The notes below the pieces were generated by a model. It searched no databases, was not told the origin of the DNA, and saw only the letters and a list, made by a program, of their open reading frames with translations. From Trichoplax adhaerens (taxonomy: Eukaryota > Animalia > Placozoa), in contig NW_002060963.1 of assembly GCF_000150275.1 (NCBI RefSeq), positions 319,502 through 383,501 of the forward strand: a stretch of DNA of 64,000 nucleotides. Direction: 5' to 3'. How positions within the stretch are numbered: position 1 is the stretch's first letter; every line of letters begins with the position of its first letter. Shown in pieces: positions 55,801 to 64,000 of the stretch. The translations under genes were made by a program, and so were the position numbers.

Positions 55801-57491
55801 CATTATTGGAGAAATTATTTTATTTCTCAATCTACAATGAATATCAATCTTATCAATTTAGTATTAAATTTAGATTTGTAAAATGTAAAAAGTAAATCTA
55901 ACCCGTGTAGGGATGAGGATGTGGCTGATTTTGTTTCTGGCATAATTAAATCTTGACGTTGCAACAGATTTTTTAGCGAATGCTACATAATCGTAGTGTC
56001 GCTCATTCCAGATATCATCAAATATGAATAATGTTCTCGCTATTTCGGAGTTATCTAGAAAAAATTTTATTGATATATTTATCAGCAGATAATAATACAG
56101 GATCAATGATTCTACTACTACCTGTTATTAGAGTAAACTATATATACAATGAAGACTATATCAAGCATAAACCTTGCAAGAAACGATCGATTTTGGCGCT
56201 AATTTCATCCAATGTTTGAGGTGATTGCACCCAGACGATTCCAAGACGAACACTCAAATTCTTTAGTATCGACAATAGCTTCTCATCAGAAATATTACCT
56301 AGATTAAAATGAAAGAATAACCTACGATATGCTGTATAATCAATAAGTCTAATCAGCATAGTAATCGATTATTACTTGTCAATTGTAACTCCTGCTAATA
56401 TTTTATCGAATTCGTTTGATATTGTTCCTATGTGCTTTTGTCATCATTTCGTGTAATTATAATGATTTAATATTCATTAAACTACATTTCATACCAATTT
56501 TAATCCAATAACAGCCGTGTGGTTTAAAATAATTATCAGCTTCGATGCTACGTCGAACAGATTGGCAAACAGCAACACTTTTACCACTGCCGGCCATTCC
56601 ATGCACTAAAATATGACCGCTGTTTTCATGAATTCTCTTCAGTTCACTACAGATAGTGTTAACAAATTCGTTCCGAGTGATATAATCGGATTCGGGAATT
56701 ATGGGAAGATTTCTTAACAAATTTTCTTATCATTTCCGATATACAACACATATTTAGAAAACAGAATTATAAAGTGTTTATTAAATCTAATTGGTGAGAA
56801 ATCAGAGGTGATTTTATTTTAATTAGAATCAAATGCTTATTGTAAAGACAAACAACTAAGACGGAAAGAGGCTTGTAATTAATTTTTATTCAATATTGCA
56901 AGCCTGGTATAACTTTAAAATGATTCAAATTGTGAGCCAGCTTACCATCTTGAATTGCATGCTCTTCTCCTCCAGTATCGAAATAAAAATAGACATAATA
57001 TCGTTAAATTTGCTTAATATTTATATATTTAAATTATCCTAATAAGTTAGAACACGACTCTTAATTAAATGTTGTTAGTATACAAAGTAAATTTAATTAG
57101 TACACTGTGCCTTTGAAGATCGACAGGTTTCATAAATGTAACGTGGCACGAGAGTATTTAAAGTAACTAATTTACCATCATCACAAATTTTTGTAGCCTT
57201 TGCTTCATTTTCCAATTTTTGGCCAATATTTTGAACATGCTGAACCTGAGCTTCTTTTAAAATGGAGCAAAACTGAAAAAAATTCTCATCATTTCTTGAT
57301 TTCAATAGCTGAATAAATTCGAATGCCCGCTGTTTATTATTGTCGCATTTGTCTCTTAATTTGACCAGCTCATCGTCTGATATGATCATTTCACTATTTA
57401 AATCATATATTAAATCTAACAGTGGAACATCATTGCTGATGATTCGACGATTTTTATTAATAACATCAGTGATGTATTGGCTCAAAACCAT
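49867..57491 (-). CDS. Apaf-1-like STAND protein: CARD, NB-ARC, winged helix/HD2, divergent WD40-like beta-propeller (apparent frameshift near 53130)
   Basis: CARD exon 57491-57176. NB-ARC exons: 56725-56495 (Walker A HGMAGSGKS), 56298-56173, 56054-55903 (Walker B LFIFDDIW, sensor TSR), 55416-54977 (CAALPLAI, GxP-like), 54689-54356 (LHDL, MHD motif; DGYFYQYLIYH), 54213-54023. About a dozen beta-strand-rich exons follow (e.g. VK|LWRI, IE|VWSL, ISDDQQFVAI), ending in 50163-49867. Confidence 0.88.
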
Positions 57492-59532
57492 TTTGGATCA
57501 AATTGCTGTATAAAGTCGCACGATCTAGTTTAAGATACAATAGCCAAATACGGTTGTTAGCATTAGCACAACTATTGAAGTTAAAATCCAAAACGAAGCT
57601 AAAGTAGCAACTCGAACTTTGAAAGTTGTACACTTGCAATTTCGTTAATTAAGTAACTAACGGCGATACTAAAAGGCTTGATCAGAACAGGATAAAAAAA
57701 AATTTCGAATTAGATTATAACTAGGGCTTTAAGAAAATTCTTGCTAGCTCCAAATTTATCGTCAAAATAAAAGCTTATGTTGCAATCTCAGCTTGAAATA
57801 TTGTTCAATTACGAAGATTACTAACTGAAGGACAAAAAGAGTTCTATAGTATTGATGCATAACGAATAATTTATGCGAACTCTGATAGAAATGGAACCTG
57901 TACGAAAGTTACAACTTTAAAAACTGTACGCAATATTATAGTCGCTTCGATTGGAAAGTAAAAAAGCAAAACATTTGAACTACATCTTATCATGTTTAGT
58001 TATATTTGAACTTACCTAAGAAGGATGGTTATGCCGAAAATTTTACTTTAAATGTTGACATTGCACAATTAATTTAACTTGAAAGACCTCAAATAAGTAT
58101 CAGCATTGCTGAAACAGTATCTTTTGATAAAGTACAGTAAAGCTGTCCATTGGAGATTAATACCTACATTTAGCCATCTTGAAGGTGATACCAGGCAAGC
58201 TAGTAATGAGATGCAGCTCTGTAAACAATGATATTATTAATAGATCTCATAATAGTGCCGCATCCACTGGCCAGTATAGCTACAGATGTGTTTTAATTAA
58301 TTAAAATAGTAGCTAATGTCCGGACGTCCAACTTTTCCGTTACCAAACTATGAAGGAGATACTAGATTATTTAGCATTTTGCATTTGTTGTGGAAATATT
58401 TCCACAGTAGTAAGAGTAATTGGTCTTTATGAGCGTCTCTGAATGTATGCAATTAAATCCAAAGCAGTTTTCGCATGTCAGTAAGACTTGCTCATAGTTA
58501 GATGGATTGTAGTTCCTATGTTCAATAATAGCAAAATATTAATCTTAACAATATCGAAAAATCGAAAGTTTCAATCTGCCTACCTAGGCTAACTTTTATG
58601 GCTGGCTCTTACGAGGCGTTGAAATATGGTTGGTTATACGACTTCCATTTATAGCATTGGCTGTAAAATTATGCTTACTAAATTTGCTCTGGATATAGTA
58701 ATTTCAGTTTAAGATCGATATAAAATTGTAAACATTTTTAACTAGTAATTTTACCCCATAGTTGCCGATATAAATAATTTAATAATAATACCGTAACAAT
58801 TATGATTAAACCGATACCAAATAATGTGAAATTAATGGCCAAAGAGGATGTACTTAACGCCTCTAAGACTATAAGCTCGTCGTAAACAATTTCATAGGAT
58901 AGTAAAGAGAAGTAATAGTCGTTAGAGTTGTCAATCTGAAAGAGGACGAAGTATGTAAAGAAATCTATGTTGAGAACGGTATGTGTAGTCTAGCCGCAGT
59001 ATTGGAATGAAATTGAGCATGCAGGCTTATCATATAAAAAATGGAAATAATTAACTAGATAGCATTCAAAATTTATCAAACCACTTTCAATTGTATTAAA
59101 TGTATAATTACTATATGGTAAAGATCACTAAAATTTTTCCGACACTTACGTAGGATATGGTTTATTTTTATACTGATGACCGATTACAAGCGGTGTGGAT
59201 CTTGTTGAGGCAAATGAGTTAGCTGAAATTATCTCGAGATGCTTGATTACATTAAAACAGGACAGTATATGATATATTATTAACATTGCTAGCACTTTGC
59301 AATACACCCCGCGTGTTAGTCATTATACTAAATCACTTCTTACATGCGCTTTTAATATGCAAACTGATTTCTCAAAGTAAATATAACTATTTATTACATC
59401 TTTTATGTATTATTTATCATTTCAATTTGTCAAAACCATATCGCATTGCTATACTAATTACTATATCTAATAAAATCTTTTCGCTTTATTAATAAAATTC
59501 GAAGATTTATTTAGGTATCAATTTGATTTCTA

Positions 59533-60248
59533 TTAACGACACTTATTAACGCAAGTCAATTTACGTAAAGCAAACTTAATGGACGGGTATGCATGTTTAA
59601 ATTTCTTAAGGGGGCCAATAAGAACTATTCGCAAGTTAGTTTTATTGAATATGTTCAATAATAATATATAAATCTCTTTCATGATTGTTAACAATGAGCG
59701 ACGACTGTTGATAATTCCATAATTCAAGCTAATTATTGGAAAATTTATAAATGTTAGTTTCCGATACATCTGTAATGTTTTTGCATTATAAATGCCAATG
59801 CATGATTCGTCTTCATAAATTGCTTAGAGAAATTGATCTGACCCTAGATTTTCATAGCTGAAGCTATAGGTACCACAGTGCAGTTTTAAAGTATTATTTT
59901 GGCAGCATTTGATTAAAACTTCCGCATAGGAATAGATTAGGGTAGTGACTTGAAAATTGGACATTGAGAATATCTACATTGAAGAGTTTGAGCTGCGAAG
60001 ATTATATTAGGTAGCATCATTTTCTTACTGCTAAATGTTCTCCTTTTTCAATCAATAACACGTTACCACCAATATATTCTCTGAGCTCTATCTACAGTTT
60101 AGTAATTTAGTAGATTGTATTAGCTTTAATTCTACTACTAATTTCATTCACTCTTCGTCATCAAAACAAATTTATTGGCTGCACTTTTTTATGGTCATTA
60201 GTTAAAAGTAGGCCTTACAAGTAGACTGCCATCTTTCTCTCCCCATTT
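59533..60248 (-). pseudogene. 3' remnant of a paralogous Apaf-1-like gene
   Basis: Exon pieces about 60248-60219 (KWGEKDGSLL), 60091-60029 (..LLIEKGEHLA) and 59973-59533 (..YENLGSDQFL*AIYEDESCIGIYNAKTLQ..) match the last three exons of the 49867-57491 gene (EWGEKDGNLL; CLLEKGEHLA; CENLWSDKFLIVLEDNSLHIHIYEAQTLQ). In-frame TAA at 59824-59826. Similarity ends at a repeat fragment near 60250. Confidence 0.85.
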
Positions 60249-63200
60249 ACTATATATAGTCATCTGTGCCTTAGCATAGAATCTTTTACTACAATCTATG
60301 GTTATGAACTACTAAATATGTCTTAAGAGGTGAAGATTCTGTTTATTAAGTAGTTACGTGTTTTGCTAGTAGAAATTATAGAACCTAATTGTAGACTTGA
60401 TTTGTGTGAATGTCTGTGTTTAGCCCTGATTTATATCAGATATTATAATTTTTATAGACTTTGAGACTTAAAAATTTTAGCAGACTAACGTTTGCTATAT
60501 CCGGATAAAAATTTGTAACACAGAGATAAACAACGGTACTTTATAAATAGATTCGAATATTGCTAGGGGGAGGAAGAAGTCTAGAAACCTAAAGGTATAA
60601 GAGAAAAACCCATTGATAGTAGGAGAAGATAGTAATCATTAAAATATTTTAATCCAATCATTTATTACGTAGAGAAATAAAGCTGCCTTGTATAAGCAGC
60701 CGAACAGTCTTCTAGATTATTGTGAAATTGGAACCCGGCTAGTTTAGTCAAGCAGAATCGAGTTCTTTACAATTAGCTAGACAGCTAATTATGTAAGAGC
60801 TTCAAGGTTAGATTGTGTTGTAATCATGATTAATCTCGTATTATATACGATCTCTAACATGGTTTAAAGTACAACATAATTTATATTAATTTAGATCTAA
60901 GTGTAACGACAGCTAATATTATTTTATTAGTATAAACTTCCAGGTTTAGATTTGTTGTAGCTGCTCATGAATATATAGAAGGTACTCGTATTAAAGCGAG
61001 TTACTTTTACAATAAAGAGATTTCAACTTTGATTTTGGTGAAAACTAGAATCTGTGCTTAACTACTACTGGAAGCAGTTTCTGTGTTCCAAAAGTGATTA
61101 TAACATCTTTACGATATTAATTTAATGCTCTAAACTTCTAGATTGTCAAGGCCTTTTCTTAGCTTTACAACCACATTTATGACACTAAATCCCTTCTACT
61201 AACTGAGTAAACCTTTACTAAGTACGATAAAACACTTACACTGAATAATCAATTTCTAGAACTATGCTTCCGACAAGGAACATTAGCTTCTCGGGGTTAG
61301 GAACTACGCTTCCGTGTCCGATTTTGGATTAACCCTTTGCGCCAGTAGATGGATAAAGGTTTTCGCCAAGACAATTATCTGAAGGCTTTGTACACATCTA
61401 AGATATTTTTAATTGACAGTAAATCTCAACCCCTGTAATCTAATATACTGTAGTAATTTAATAAAACAACTATATTATAAATCGTGCTAACGTAAATAAC
61501 TCTCTAATGCAAAGATAAGTACAGTGTAGTGTTTACTTCTAAATACTATATAGTCTATTCTTAGTATTTGTTAATTTCCACTAGAATGTAGCATAACTCC
61601 TTCCTTGTATAATTATATTTAACAATTCACGCTGTGGAAATCTGATTATACTCTAGTCTGATTGAATCGTAGAATTACTCTAATATAGAACTAAGGTATT
61701 CTTATTAGTCATTTGTGTTTTATAAATGATTCTTCCTGTGCTTTTTAAATTGTAAAAGCTACCATCTTGCATCTATCTCGTTAGTTAGTAACTAAAAAGT
61801 TAAGCAATAATATATTTCTATCATGCTTTTACATTTCGGATATGAAGCTGAAGTAAGTAACCACATATGGTGTAGATTCACGAAAAGTAATCAACAGCAA
61901 CGTAAATAGAACCGAAGTGGCTACTAGAATCGCCATCAGTATTCAATCAGTTAGTAGAAAATTACATATCCTACTTGCTCTTGAAAATAGCTTTTATCAC
62001 TAATAAGATAAGCTACAGTACAGTAGCTCATTAACAATTAAGAGCAGAAACAGGAAATTGCAATTGGTTGATTTTTAACACATGATTTATTTATCATTGT
62101 AATGAAATATTAATGTTTGCATATTCAAACAAGAGTTGGTGGAAAGAGAAATCGAAAGTAGGCATGAATTACAATATATCTAACAAATCAACACGAATTT
62201 CGTAGTGTGTTCCACCCCATGGACTAACAGCATTATTCTAACACTTATAATAGACTAGGGAATATCCCTAAGCAATTTAGTAAGGTAGCTTATTTATTGG
62301 TTTGCATTAATTATATTTATTGATGGGGAAATATTAAGTAGAGTAAGATAATTAAAAGTCGACATCGAAAATTAGAATATACCGTACATGATGTGAAGTG
62401 TAAAGACTACGGTACTAAGACCTATTTTTTGGTATGAAATATAATAGAGATTATTATGTTATAGATGCTGTTGTACAAGCAATATCATCTAGGAATAGTT
62501 AGAACGGTCTATTATTTGTAGCATTTCGACCTGTTAATATTTACCATTTAATGATAAAAATTGAATAAGACCTTGTTAATTCGAGGAAATCCCTCCCATC
62601 TCTCACAAGTCAAAAGAGACAGTATAGAGCAAAAATTCGATCAAATGGCTAGTAATTGTTTATGACCAATAATAATAATGAAATTATTACTTATTGCTTT
62701 TTTTGATGCGGTAAAGGACATTAATCTCAGAAGCGTCATTTGAATAACATACTTAAGCCACGATTAAATGATGATCAGTGACTTTAACTGCTACAGTTTC
62801 AATATATGACTTTAGTTGCTACAAAGTTGTTTCATCCCATGCATATGTACGCAGAAATGGAAAAGAATAGCATCACGAATCGACTACTATGATTCAACGA
62901 TATTGAAAACTCGATATCTCAAAGTGTTACGCGAGGATTTTTGCTTATAATACAGTGTACTGTAATTCCAGCTTCTTACTAGATTAAAAGAATGCAGTTC
63001 TTATTTATCTATCACTAGGTACAAAAATTGACAACAAACTACGATATTTCACTTTTCAGTTCTGTAGTTGAGCCGAACTAAACGAAAAGCCAAGAACTAA
63101 TTCTTTCGTTCTTTCTGCTTTTTATGTATCAATCTCATCTTGCAGATTGTATTACCGATATATGATGTAATATATGCGCACGTTTAATATGCTACCAATG

Positions 63201-63643
63201 CGACACATAGGGCAGATATATTAGCATAAAGTATACTATTAAATCTTTGTATGCGTACGGTCATGTAATATTTTCAAGTATCGATTGCTATCTGTTTAAC
63301 AATATCTGTATACTTCCGCCTAGTAAAATCGCAGGAATATTAACAAGGATATCCTTTAGCTAATACGTAGGCTACAATATGGTATTGGCTTAGGCAACAG
63401 AATTCTAGAATCAATTTAAACTAGATACTCTTCCATCGTTCTGAATGTACACCTGCCGCAGTTTGAGTCTTAGCTTGCAACCCTTCATCCGACTTCGAAG
63501 GTAATGGCAATGCTTGGAGTTCCTCCTTTTCCAAGTTTGCAATGACAGAGTAAAAGTTGTTAATAAAGCTGTACAAAAATCACGTACTTTTACGATCGAC
63601 CTTATTTTTATCATGATATACTGGCAATTTTAAATAAAATTAC

Positions 63644-63877
63644 TTGATTTTTCTTCGGACTGACACTTTTATGTGGAGAATTACTTTTCCCACGAGTTTG
63701 CAATTTTGAATTGTTCCCAACATGGCTTGAGAAGACATCGAAGCTGGCACCAGGTATAATTTTAGGAAGTACCATAGCTTCCTTTTTATTCTTAATTTTT
63801 TTTTTAGAATCTTCACAAGCATAAGTACGAGTTAACTTGGGTAATTGAGTTTGTGCTCTTCCATTCTTATTCTCTGA
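63644..63877 (-). CDS. Possible exon of an unidentified gene (basic, low-complexity)
   Basis: ctgtag acceptor and gtaatt donor flank a 234-nt open frame SENKNGRAQTQLPKLTRTYACEDSKKKIKNKKEAMVLPKIIPG...SPKKNQ. GC is higher than in the flanks. I found no phase-compatible next exon. Confidence 0.35.
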
Positions 63878-64000
63878 CTACAGCATAGATATAATCAACG
63901 AATTAGTATTAGAAATACAGCCTAATTTTATCATAAATTGAAATACAAACAAAAGCATCACACAAGGCATATTAATTGAAATCGAATATTATAGACGATA

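Overview
AT-rich, intron-rich eukaryotic animal DNA from a draft assembly with five 50-N gaps. Gene content, short introns and low GC suggest a placozoan (Trichoplax-like); this is inference, not proof. The ORF track shows only fragments because the genes are spliced, so I rebuilt them by hand from GT-AG boundaries. (1) A + strand LGR/GRL101-type rhodopsin GPCR with at least 40 one-LRR-per-exon modules (2539-20818) and a 7TM exon. Five further exons (23921-26199) encode a catalytically dead TKL-like kinase fold, giving an apparent LRR-7TM-pseudokinase receptor, the most interesting object here. (2) A second, closely similar copy of its 3' half (26478-34498) and an extra copy of 5 LRR exons (1078-2293). 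All three duplicated blocks in the window abut gaps, so they may be uncollapsed haplotypes. (3) A 4-exon DNPH1 (RCL) gene. (4) A - strand Apaf-1-like CARD-NB-ARC-beta-propeller gene with an apparent 1-bp frameshift in the propeller, plus a pseudogenised 3' remnant of a paralogue. (5) About ten TG...CA solo-LTR-like insertions from at least four families, most with 5-bp target-site duplications, several polymorphic between the duplicated blocks.
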